The position numbers and the translations under genes are program-made. Source: an uncultured Nitrososphaeraceae archaeon (GTDB taxonomy: Archaea; Thermoproteota; Nitrososphaeria; Nitrososphaerales; Nitrososphaeraceae). From it: a stretch of 64,000 bases of DNA. Under the pieces are notes generated by a model. The model was not told the origin of the DNA. It made no database searches and was given only the letters and a program-made list of their open reading frames with translations. The stretch spans positions 32,001-96,000 of the forward strand of contig CAVXZB010000047.1 of the NCBI GenBank assembly GCA_963765895.1, in the 5' to 3' direction. Of this stretch, positions 34,979 to 46,291 are shown one piece after another. Position 1 is the stretch's first letter. Each line of letters begins with the position of its first letter.

Positions 34979-35696
34979 TCTAAAAAAACATCATCGGACA
35001 TATATGTGTCACTAGAGATATTCATACTTTAGTAGAGGCAGTTATTCTGATTATTCAGAATATTTTTAGGAGTATCTTTGATGCAAAGTAGATCTATTTG
35101 CGAACTCAATCAAATACTTGACTATGTAAACAAATCAATCCAGATCAGAATCTCCATATTTATCTGCAGTCACAACCACAAACGCAATGATAAAAGCAAA
35201 AGAGTATTTAGCCCATTGATGCAATTAAGGTATATGTTATATGTGCCTGTAAGAGAAGGCAATATACACATGAGAATTATGTCACTATGGTTCTCTCGCT
35301 AAATATCACCATCTTGTAGATATTCTCTCTTACACACATCCTATGTATAGTGCATCTAGCGCCATTACTCCTTTATTAAAGTACATTCCTGTTTCACATA
35401 TGTACATCCACTCACAAATGCTACAGTTGCTTTACTAGACTCATCTTCTCCTTATTCTTCTTTCTAGTCACTGCTACAACAGCGGCGCCAAAAATTGCAC
35501 AAACAGTTCCTGCTATCGCTACCATAATCTGATGGCTCTCTGTAAATAGTAAATAGTAACGATGCAATTGCTGACCCAAACATTATTTCCATGCAACCGA
35601 CTAAGCAAATGTACTATATCTAATATCCTCAGCAGCATGTTTAAGAAATCATACATAGGTATATCCTGCTAGTATAAATTTGACGCATTTGGATTA

Positions 35697-36263
35697 TCAA
35701 AGGTGATATCCCTGCCCAATAACTTTACGTCTTAAACGTGCACCAAATTCTATTAACGCAGAATTGGTTTGATCGTCATTCTTTCTCATATAGTAGTAAA
35801 GCTCTTCCATGGCGGCATGATAATCGATACCAATATTTTGTGCAATTTCCAACGCAATAGCAGAAATCAGTAATTTCCGTAAAACAAGATCGTATCCATA
35901 ATTTACTAGTTCAGAAGATTTCTCTTCTAGAAAATTCTTAAAATTTGAGTCTATATATTTGTCTTTAGCATTCCTGCTCTTCAGTACAAATGGTATGGCC
36001 ATCATCCTTCGCTTCATGTGGATATCTTCTACCATTTCCACAAATGCATCATTTAGGTTTGGATCATGAAGAAGAATCTGAGACAGTAGATCAGAAGCAT
36101 CCAATTCGCTTATGTGCATCTTATTAACTAACTCAAACAATATATGACATGCTGCGCATCCATTTTGTTTAATTACTGAAGGATTAGTAACTAGATTATT
36201 CACTTGTTGCAAAATGATTTCTTTGCCTATTTTTAGGATCTCACTCTCATCCGAACTATCCAT
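35697..36263 (-). CDS. helical hypothetical protein with a CxxCH motif
   Basis: Long clean ORF; NGCAACHILF; no signal peptide. Confidence 0.7.
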   Translation of the reverse strand: MDSSDESEILKIGKEIILQQVNNLVTNPSVIKQNGCAACHILFELVNKMHISELDASDLLSQILLHDPNLNDAFVEMVEDIHMKRRMMAIPFVLKSRNAKDKYIDSNFKNFLEEKSSELVNYGYDLVLRKLLISAIALEIAQNIGIDYHAAMEELYYYMRKNDDQTNSALIEFGARLRRKVIGQGYHL

Positions 36264-36689
36264 ATTCTTAAACAACACTTTAGAAAATATAATTGCTATC
36301 TATATTTTTAAGTTGAAGATGTATGAAATGACTGGACCTTCTGATCACAGAACAAGCTTAGTCTATCACTATACTCTGAGATGTTGCCTTACTCATTTTC
36401 ATCTCATGTCTATTAATACTACCTAATAATAAATTAAGGAGTTTATTAGTTTACTAAGAAATTCCTATATTATGAGAGGTTAGACAAATAATGCTGTCAG
36501 TGATTATGGATCTCAATTCCCCGTCCAGCAAATGGTTAAGTATGGTTTTTCCAATGAAGTTTGCTAGCGCTAGAAAATGAATGTCTATTTTGTATCATAC
36601 TGTATATTATCACACAGACTCTATTATATAAGAAATCTGCCGACGCTTCTAAATATATAAGGTGAAAAGACAATGAACGGACATTCTAA

Positions 36690-36834
36690 GCAAGGAAGAG
36701 AAATTGAAGAATTAAATCTGTCGCTAAGACAGCGTGACAAAGTAAAAGATGATGCAATAGCACAATTATCAGACCAACTTGAAGCCATTACAGGAATATT
36801 ACATGAATTGGAGAGAAGACAAATAACAGCATAG
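36690..36834 (+). repeat. dispersed degenerate coding relic, copy 1 (coiled-coil tail, possibly of a tyrosine integrase)
   Basis: LRQRDKVKDDAIAQLSDQL...ELERRQITA*; DNA aligns with 55225..55360. Confidence 0.6.
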
Positions 36835-37187
36835 GTACATTATGATTGAAATAACAAAAGTAATGAAAATTATGTAACGTGATATACAGAACAGTCCAAT
36901 GACAACGTCACTTATGATAGGACAATCAAAGGATGATTATTTAGCCGGCCGAAAGAGAGGTGCATAATGCCAGATATTACTTTGAATATGATCCTGATAA
37001 CGCCGACTTTAACTTCATGCCTCATCTTCCTTTCCTTTAGTTTTTTATTCTCATAATTGGAAGAACCCTCAGAGTTGTTTTTCATCTATACTCAAACCTC
37101 GGAGCTTGTCCAGGAATACCTTTAAAGGACATATTATGAGGCACATGTGCAAGCATATCACCTAAGACAAGATAATTGATGCCTATT

Positions 37188-38390
37188 TCAAAAAATTCTG
37201 TGATGAGGATGATGTCTCAGATCAATTATAATCTGTATTGCGCAAATTACCGATATAATTAAGATTAATGCTAATGGTAAGATTGGAATTGCCAGTATGG
37301 GAACAAGAAGTATTACAAATCCGGCTATAAATCTGTAAACTGACCCTTGAACGATAAGCCTTCTTCTTGTGTTACTATGTCTATTAATGTGGCTACTACT
37401 ACCCTCACGATCCTCATCACCGTTGTGACTTGCACTGGCTATAGTAAACTGGATAACTCCAATTGAGAATAAGCATAGCGATACAGAACCACAGATTAAC
37501 CATTCACCTGCGTAAGATAATGCTATATTTTGAGATGCTGACACAATGTATCTTATACCTGTTGCAGTACATACCAATCCTATAACTAAAGGAAAGTGGA
37601 CATAGAGCCATGTTATATAGATCCTTATTCTTCCCTTTTGACGAAATGCACGAATCGGAGCTCCATCGGTATTATCAAAGTATAACCACCAAAGACCAAA
37701 AGCTATGCTTAAACCAGCTCCTATGGATATCGTAGACTCTAGATCCCATTCATGGTAAGATAGAATACTCACAAGACCAAATATTGTCTCTCCTATTACA
37801 ATCAAAGTAAAGAGTCCCATTCGTTCAGGTAAATGAAAGAAATTTGGAGCCAATTGTACGTGCTTTCTTCCCACTATAAATGTGGTGGCAATATCTATGG
37901 CTATTGCTAATGACCAAATTATGAAACGGATAGGAATGGGAATAGCTGCTGATATCAGCCATAGTATTGCAGAAATCAGAAAACCTTGTGTGTATCCCCT
38001 GGCAAACTTACTAGCAGCAGGTATCTTGCGACCTGCACGTATATACTCGATTACCAGAAGAATTCTTATTGCAGCATATGATATCGCAAACTTGTCTGAT
38101 GTTTCAGCCAACGCCCCATGTATGTTAATGGTAAGAGCTGCAGCTCCCATCATCTGAAGAAATACTAATAGACGATGGACTAAATCGTCAGTCTCAAACC
38201 TAGCCGAGTAAAAAGTAAGCCCTACCCATGCCCACATTACAGGAACAAAGAGTGCTATATGTCCAAGAAATGCTGTAATAGAATTAGTATTATCATGTAA
38301 AGTCAAACCTATCTGGGAAACAGCAAGCAGCAAACACCAAATCGTAGAAAAGTTCTAGCCATGAGGCATGACGTTCTTTTTCTACGTTGG
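37188..38390 (-). pseudogene. low temperature requirement protein A (LtrA) family, frameshift near 38330
   Basis: RHASWLELFYDLVF in the upstream frame; HLPERMGLFTLIVIGE, LWWLYF. Confidence 0.85.
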
Positions 38391-38495
38391 TCAATATACT
38401 ATGATCACCATAAAGTCATGTTCAAATAAACTGCTACTTGCAAATCATCATAATTGGTCTAAACAGGGATGTTTACTTACCAGCCTTTTTATCAG

Positions 38496-38777
38496 TTATA
38501 CAGTCATGTCAAGTGACGGTTGCTTGAAATCTGATACACCTTGTCCAATTTGTTTGACTATAGCTGAAAAATCTATACCCAATGTAAAGGGAAATTGAAG
38601 TGGTATCATTTGTTGTAAGTAACCTTCACGAATTTTCCAATCTACTGGATTTACGCCAGCTGCTTTTACGTTAACCAAAACTTTTCCAGAAGAAAAAGTT
38701 GATTCAGGTGTGTTTTGGTTAATCTCAATAACCTCGCTCCCTCCGTACCTGTTAATTTGAGCAGACTTCATTAGCAT
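38496..38777 (-). pseudogene. NADPH:quinone oxidoreductase (MDR family) N-terminal fragment
   Basis: YGGSEV, VKAAGVNPVDWKIREG, LGIDFSA then truncation. Confidence 0.85.
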
Positions 38778-39355
38778 ATGTTAAAGCACGAGATATTAAA
38801 GAGTGTATGAAAATATGAGTGCAGGATTGGTTTGATAGATATCGAGATTTATGGAAATAGATTTCACTCAGAATTATCTGATCAAATCTAATATTAATTC
38901 TGAAAAGATCGGCCTGATTTTCTATCCATAAGTCTAGAGAAGCTAGACACAGCAATCCCGAATATGCACCACGACTTGGCTAGATAATAGAATCTTGTAA
39001 ATCAGATTATATCGACATTGTATCAGATCGAGGATAATTATATCATAAAAAAGTGTTTCTAATAAGACGACAGATTATGATAGAACCGTTATCAATACCA
39101 TTGACCCTAGTCTAAAGTAATTGCAGTAAATATGAAAAAGAAGTATGTATTGAATTTTTGATCAAATCATGATGTTGATGAATCTTGCAATCAATAATTT
39201 AGTCCTGTAGAGTTATTCTGAATTTCATAGACGATGCAGTTGTAAACATTTTTCGGTAAGTACTACTTCATATTGTTCTAATATCGAATAAGGTGTTGTC
39301 TCAATTAACCTGAATTCGCAAGTAGGAGAAATTATTGTACTTGGAGACAGACGAG

Positions 39356-39784
39356 TTACTTCTTTTTTATTATATTAGAGTGATACTCTACCATCTCTCC
39401 AATTGCTGCGTTATAGTTCTTTACATGCTCCTTTAAAAGTTCTGTAGACTTTGCCATAATCTTATTTTGTATGTTCATCCAATTAATCAAATTTCTTGTA
39501 TACTCATTTGAATGATTTATCATATTTTCTGTATTTGTCGTAGCTGTGCTAGGTACCTGGGAGTATGAGTGAGAATTTGAAAAATATTCTTTTTGAATAG
39601 AGAGTGCACTCTCGTACGCGAGCTTGATTGATTTCAAATATTCTTGCTGTAGATCGGTTACTGCCTGTACGTGCTGCTGCATAGACTTGGCAAATTCCTC
39701 TGATAGCTTTTTATAATTTTCATTAGCTACTTCGTTCAACTTATTCATTGGAACACTATCGCTCTGTTTCTTTTCGCTGGCCAT
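39356..39784 (-). CDS. amphipathic helical protein, phasin-like (paralog of 20628..21140)
   Basis: VANENYKKLSEEFAK...QAVTDLQQEYL...LKEHVKNYN. Confidence 0.65.
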   Translation of the reverse strand: MASEKKQSDSVPMNKLNEVANENYKKLSEEFAKSMQQHVQAVTDLQQEYLKSIKLAYESALSIQKEYFSNSHSYSQVPSTATTNTENMINHSNEYTRNLINWMNIQNKIMAKSTELLKEHVKNYNAAIGEMVEYHSNIIKKK

Positions 39785-40272
39785 ATACTGATCATTTATG
39801 ACAGTAGTATATAGCCCTAACTTTCACCATAATCTGTAAGTTTCTGACAGGGCTCTTTTTCCATCTTTAATATACTAAATAATTCTGTCCTGCTTCCGCC
39901 TTCCGTATCTGACATTTGCATAATTGTCCTGTTATCCGCATCATTATTTGACATGATCTATCTATCTTTATTGCTGCTTATCTCATTAAATGCAACTACG
40001 TTTCTCCTTTCTCTTGTCTTCATAGAAGTCCATACGTAGTAATTTTATTCTGATAAAAGCGACTGTAATTTCTATCATTCTTTATTAGATTCTGTAGCTG
40101 TCCATATAGTTTGGGTTTTCTATCTTGGTGATTTTGACTACAGGTCCTAACAGCCAACTCCTTGTCTATGTTGACTAATGCCCCCATCTTACGTCTTTTC
40201 CCTGTATAATCTAGTTTACCAACTATGATACCCAAAAACCTATTTATCAGATAGTATGTCGCTAAAGATGTC

Positions 40273-41306
40273 TTGGTACAGAAAGTCTATAATAAATCTC
40301 CAAATAGCACCAAAATTGCATGGTTCCTTGGTATAACCATCGTCATTGCTGTACTAATATCTTCTTCAATATTTATAAAAAATGGCTACTCAATACCAGT
40401 AGTAGAGCTGCAGTCTTCATCCTCTAGTCACGGTGAAAAAATATTTGTCATGTATGCAGGCTCTCTTGTAAAGATATTTGAACAAGATCTAGGTCCAGCA
40501 TTTCAGAATAAAACAGGTTATACATATACTGGAGAAGGAAGAGATTCGCTGCAAATTGCAAATATGATTTTAGATGGTCAGAGAGGGCCAGATGTATTTG
40601 TTAGCGCTGGCACAATTCCTATTAACAAACTGATAAACTCAACTGGTAGTGTTGCTAGTAAATTGCCACTCGCTCATGGTTTAGCCAAGTTAGCATCTGC
40701 TGAAATGGTAATTGCATATTCTCATACCAGCAAGTTTCATGCAGATTTAGATAAGGCAAAGAAGGGACTTGTACCATGGTACCAGGTCTTATCAGAACCA
40801 GGCTTCAAATTTGGAAGAACAAATCCTGATTTAGATCCGAAGGGATACTACACAATAATCATGTCCAAACTTGCTAATTCATACTATAATGACACTAGCA
40901 TCAAACAAAAAATTCTGGGAGACGATAAGAATCCAAAACAACTCTTTCCAGAGGAAACTCTTATAACCACTCTGGAGACCGGGCACCTAGATGCATAGCA
41001 GCATACAAACATGAAGCAATAGCAAGAGGACTCCAATACATAACGCTACCTCCTCAGATTAATCTCGGCAATCCATCGTATTCTAATTTCTATAAAACTA
41101 CTACATATACCCTGCCTAGTGGTCAAACAGTTCGCGGCGAACCAGTATACTTTTCAGTGACGATACCAGATACCTACAAAAATCTAGCAGGCGCCAAGGC
41201 TTTTGTAAAGTTCTTACTGTCATCCGATGGTTCAAGTATTTTACAGCGGGATGGTTTAGATCATATCAAGCCTGTTGTTCAGGGACACGTGTGTGGGACA
41301 TGTTAA
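40273..41306 (+). pseudogene. tungstate/molybdate ABC substrate-binding protein (WtpA/ModA-like), frameshift near 40995
   Basis: YAGSL, PDVFVSA, GRTNPDLDPKGY; continues AYKHEAIARGLQYITLPPQINLGNP in another frame. Confidence 0.85.
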
Positions 41307-41834
41307 CTTGACGAGATATTAGTGGATTGACTTGATGATTTCGTCTGTCATATGACTACTCTCCTTCTTATATTCAATGCCAAATTACCTAACATCTGCA
41401 GACTATTTTTGATTAATATTTGCTCTCAATTACTAACTAAATCCCTTCTTTCCTTTTTCGCAACTTTTTAATTAGACTACTGGTAGGATACAATCCCATG
41501 ATTATTATGAAACGGAACATAGAATTGACCGTGATCAGGTAGTCAACCTGCCCACCAGTGTTTTTATCTATATGCAGCATTCCTTAAGGAGACCAAGTAT
41601 TATGATTTATTTGTAGACCATTTTTTAATTTCATGTGAAGTTAACTCCCTGCTGTTTTTCTCTTGTTTTTATTGTCTTTGCTTTTCTCAGTCTGATCGTT
41701 GTCTGACTCTGCTTTACTGTAATTTTGTGGTAAGCCATGAAGTGTCCTGACATATCTCTAGTTAGAGTGACAGATCCTTTATACATCCTTGGTCTAATCT
41801 TTCATTAGTTGTCTCTTTTTCCTTTGATAATGTC

Positions 41835-42522
41835 CCAGAGGATTTCAGCAGTGGTCGTTATCTGAGTTATTTAAAAAGTTATGGACTAGATTGTTAAGAG
41901 CATATGATGACCTAGTAGGCGTTCAATGGCACTGGCAATCACTTGATAGTGTATCTGTAAAGGCACCTTTAGGGGGGAAATGACCTGCCCTAATCCTACA
42001 GAAAGAGGCAAATTAGGAACAAAACGTCATGTATTAACTGATGGACAAGGTATTCCATTATCTGTTGTCATAACTGTGGCCAATACCCATGATATGAAGG
42101 CTGCTATAAGTGTGCTGGATAATATTGTAGTTAAAAGACCATCATATAAGATGTGTAAAACGAAACAAAATCTCTGTCTTGATAAAGGATATGACTTTCA
42201 GGAGATTGAGAATAGTGTTATCAAGAAAGGATGCTGTCTACATATTCCACATAGAGGAGAACAAACAATAACAAATGGTAGTCATCACAATCATATTAAA
42301 AGAAGATGGGTTGTAGAAAGAACTAATTCTTGGCACAACAGATTCAGGAAACTTTTGGTTAGATATGAGAAGAAGATAGAAAACTACTTTGCATTAGTAT
42401 TAGTATGTTTGGGTTGTTGTATTGTTATATACAGGAGGATAACTTTGGGTAGGCTCAGTGATATGGCTGGATTTCGTCTGATGACAGTCAACGTGAAGTC
42501 GCTGGTACTGCAACCAACATGA
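41835..42522 (+). mobile_element. IS5-family transposase (two-frame type), 5'-truncated
   Basis: WQSLDSVSVKAPLGG, then a GGGGGGAAA frame switch to PNPTERGKLGTKRHVLTDGQGIPL, DKGYD, RWVVERTNSWHNRFRKL. Confidence 0.88.
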
Positions 42523-43034
42523 TTTGAGCGATTATGGTAGCCAATTGCAGTAATTGCGCCAGCCAGCGACGAGAATTGCGCTGCAAATATAGCTAAACTA
42601 CTATTTTACCTCGACTTAACCTTGTTATCTAATACATAATAGAAGAGTGAGGATAGGTACAGCACTTATTAGTTCAAGACTGGATTATTCAATTTGATCA
42701 TAGTCATCCTCCCGTAGTCCCCCTAAAGGCTGGATTATGCAATTGTAGTATATGTTTCAAAAAGATGACTAGGACTTGGAAATATGCCCTTACTAAAGAA
42801 TAGAGAACCGGCCCAATCAGTAAGTAATCATTTTTATGTCTTTTACTCTGAGTCCTTATTAATCATAGAGATAATTGGTATTTGCATATCAAAAATGCGC
42901 CTGATACTTGCTGTCGTTAGGATCAACCTATTCGCCCTATCTTACCATAACGACCAGGGCGAATTCGAATGATGCAAGTTATAACAACAAACAAAACGAG
43001 TTGTTAATATTATGGAACCGCCTAATAGAATTGT

Positions 43035-43146
43035 ATGAAATTTGATTTCTTTACCAGAAGAAATTCCAGTGCATTAAATGTGGCGAAAGTTCAAGGGTGA
43101 AACAGAACTGATGCAACATTCGAAGCTAGATCATGGGGTAAAATGA
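43035..43146 (+). pseudogene. C2H2 zinc-finger microprotein, frameshifted
   Basis: KKFQCIKCGE / KFKGETELMQHSKLDHGVK* in adjacent frames. Confidence 0.6.
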
Positions 43147-43422
43147 CAGCATAGAATGTTTTCTTCTGCTACGCCATCATGCAAGATATGGATTAAAGTT
43201 ATTCAAATAGTTTTCTGTTTATAATATCAGCATTTAAGTTAATAGAGTCAATAATATTATTATACGTTTAAAAGTAGTGGTAAGTATGTAAATGCAGCTA
43301 TAGTGACTAGCAGCCTCAATACTAAATGCAGTTACTAGCACATAAGATCGTTAACAACGTTAACCTATGTTTATTAACAATAATAATGCTACTAAATCTG
43401 CTAAAGGTGAATAGTATGCGCC

Positions 43423-44814
43423 TTGTTACCGGAACATGATAATAATAGAGCAGATCAATTAAAGATAAAGATAACAATAAAACAAGGTCCAGCTAGTTCT
43501 ATCAAGCCAAATTATAGGAGCCTGCGAAAACATACAAGTAAAAATTTTAAGCAAATATTCATTTTATCGTTTTATGCACTTGATAGAAAGGCCAGATCTG
43601 CTCTCACTATCTTGATGGTCGTTGTAGGAAGTGCATTGATGGTAGCCCTTAACGGAATGAGTGCAGGTCAGGCTACCTTCTTAAATAAACAACTAAATAC
43701 ATTGGCACCCAACATTATCTTTGTCAGCTCAGGTCAAAATGGTTTTCGTGCTGGGTCCGCAAGCACACCAACCATCGTACTGAATTCTCAGGTAGTAAAT
43801 AGACTAAAATCTCTTCCATTCGTACAAGATGTGGTTCCATCATACCAAGGACAACTTGAGTTAAATGCACAGGGTAATATCTTAAATGCCCAAGTACTAG
43901 CTATGGATCCTCAAAAAGTATATCTGATTGATCCTTCATTGCAGTTGGTAGCTGGCTCTTCAATACAATCCAATAATCCTTCTGGAATGCTTGTAGGAGA
44001 TACGGTTGCTAACCCTCCTGGCAAGTCAACACCCTTTGTTACAATTGGTCAAACTGTCAGGGCAACTTTTACATTCGTTGACTCTAAAACTGGAAAGACC
44101 GAGCAACAATCTAAGAGTTTTGTGATTAGTGGCATAATCCAGCCGACAGGAAATAATCAGATAGATAATAGAGTCATAATAAATGAACCAACTGGTAATT
44201 CTCTCTTCTACAAAGCAGGAAGATATGATCAAATGGTTGTAGCTGCCTTATCGGCTGATTACGTAGCTACTGTACAGCAAGAGATCACGGGCCTTTACGG
44301 CAACAATATCGGTGTCATAACGCCAAAGGCAATACTTCAAACAAGGCAGCGATTTCAAAGTGGAAACAGCGCATTTACAGTCGCAATAGCCTTTATTGCG
44401 CTGCTCGTGGGCGCTGTTGGGATAATTACCACGCTTTATACATCTGTCACAGAAAGGACCAAAGAGATTGGAACAATGAAGGCTATTGGCACAAAAAGTA
44501 GATTTATTCTTACCTTATTCATTGCTGAGGCTCTATTTATTGGTCTCATAGGTTCTACATTTGGAATTCTAAGTGGTATCGGAGGAGCATATGTCTTGAC
44601 TTCAGGGTTTGCCCCAACCGCACCAGGACAGGGTGGAGGTGGAGCAGGAGGTAGTGGTCAAGGAAATGCAGCAACATCTCATCCTAACCCAATATTTGTT
44701 CCAGGTGATTTATTCAATGTCTGGATTCTTTCAACTATCCTGAGTTTAGGAGCTGGTCTGTTTCCTGCATGGAAAGCCTCACGTTTATCTCCCTTGGAGG
44801 CACTAAGGAGATAA
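43423..44814 (+). CDS. ABC transporter permease, MacB/FtsX family
   Basis: RSALTILMVVVG, large extracytoplasmic domain, SVTERTKEIGTMKAIG, PAWKASRLSPLEALR. Confidence 0.92.
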   Translation: MLPEHDNNRADQLKIKITIKQGPASSIKPNYRSLRKHTSKNFKQIFILSFYALDRKARSALTILMVVVGSALMVALNGMSAGQATFLNKQLNTLAPNIIFVSSGQNGFRAGSASTPTIVLNSQVVNRLKSLPFVQDVVPSYQGQLELNAQGNILNAQVLAMDPQKVYLIDPSLQLVAGSSIQSNNPSGMLVGDTVANPPGKSTPFVTIGQTVRATFTFVDSKTGKTEQQSKSFVISGIIQPTGNNQIDNRVIINEPTGNSLFYKAGRYDQMVVAALSADYVATVQQEITGLYGNNIGVITPKAILQTRQRFQSGNSAFTVAIAFIALLVGAVGIITTLYTSVTERTKEIGTMKAIGTKSRFILTLFIAEALFIGLIGSTFGILSGIGGAYVLTSGFAPTAPGQGGGGAGGSGQGNAATSHPNPIFVPGDLFNVWILSTILSLGAGLFPAWKASRLSPLEALRR

Positions 44815-45254
44815 CTTGTTCCTTTCCAGGCAACGTTTTATACTATCAATATTGAAAGAGTAAGAGTAAGAAGTTTTAATGTCATGTTAAGTCATACAGG
44901 CAAACATAATCAGAACTAAGGTTAATCAATCTCTTAATATAATTACTCTAATATACGCAATGACAAAGATAAAAGACATAAATTGGAAACCCACTTCTAG
45001 GGTTTTAGATTAATGATCTATAGTCAATAATATGGACGAAACTTGTATAGGGTCATTTATAACTAATTTTGAGATAGATAGAATAACCAGTACCAAATTC
45101 TGTCCAGATGACAACTTGCATGTTCTTAGGTATTTTAATGAAAACTAAGATAATGTTAAAATATGATTAATTAAATATATCTAGGAAATCAATTTAGTTA
45201 CTAAATTGGCTATTTGACGATTTTATCAATAGCAAAGATTGATTCTATTTTTGC

Positions 45255-45978
45255 GCACCCGCGCATGGGGCATCAGGTGTATGTATATCTCCTCTAGCAT
45301 ACCAATCTAGATGATCGTCTGAAAGAGAATCTGCAGATATTACCTTGACATAACCGGTTATCCCTACGTTTTTCCAAGGCTCTTGTCCAGGAAGAGTATA
45401 CACACCCATTCTAACTTCATTGCCAAATTTGCTATCTGTAGGCCTACCTCCCACTTGCCATGATCAGTCTGGCTGCCTAGTAGTTTAAGAACCTGGATGG
45501 AAAATATCATCACTTGTCGGATCATTCATATTGATAAACCATTCTCTTCCACCAGGTTTTGTAGGATAGATTTCTCTTACCTTGAATTTGGGCGGTGTAG
45601 TTGTGGGAGAGATAGGTTCAGTAATTCCAAGATAATGAAGAGATATAGCAATGGCTACACTTACTAGCACAATTGCGATAATTACAATTACTAATCATCG
45701 ATTCTTGTTATTCATTTTGGGAGAAGTTATGTCCTCTTATCTCACCTTTTGGATTTTGTTGTGTATGAACATTTGCATAGGTATTACCATCTTCGATTAG
45801 TTTGACAAGATCTGATATTTGTTTGCCTTTCAATGGTCCTTCTAGATTATTAGAAGTAATAGTTTCTTGTGCTAATATTCCGTTCTTGGGACCAGTAGGA
45901 GATGATGCATTAAATAAAGTCACAACAACAGGACCATTTTCACCTAATTTACTTTGAATGAGCCATTGTAGCTTTGTA
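45255..45978 (-). repeat. inverted, decayed partial duplicate of 23905..24800 (CHRD 3' half plus 5' half of the next gene)
   Basis: Near-identical peptides LEGPLKGKQISDLVKLIEDGNTYANVHTQQNPKGEIRG and SDDHLDWYARGDIHTPDAPCAG. Confidence 0.92.
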
Positions 45979-46291
45979 TTTCCAAACTAGAAAATAGATT
46001 ACTACCTAAAAACTCAATACACTGAATCTCAGCTATGTAGATCGACGAACAATAATCTATCTATACTCATATAGGAAGAATATGGCGATTTGATTAGAAT
46101 AAGGTCAGTTGTTCTAATAGTCTAGTATAGCATGAGATGACGGTTTGTCCAGTATTTTTTGTTGAGATGTACAATATCAAGATAAGAGATATTAACTTAT
46201 CATCTTATTTGGTGGATAACATTGTTAATCAATAATTTATAGTGCCAATCACGTAAATCTATTATCCCAATAATAAATAGAGACTGACAAA

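Noticed and set aside
29490-36834. Intact provirus spanning the terminase and integrase-like relics
   Set aside because: No capsid, portal or tail genes and no att pair; the intervening genes look cellular
42701-42772. Nested inverted repeats (TAGTCATC...GATGACTA) suggesting a structured RNA
   Set aside because: 8-bp arms, single copy and no covariation evidence; compatible with chance
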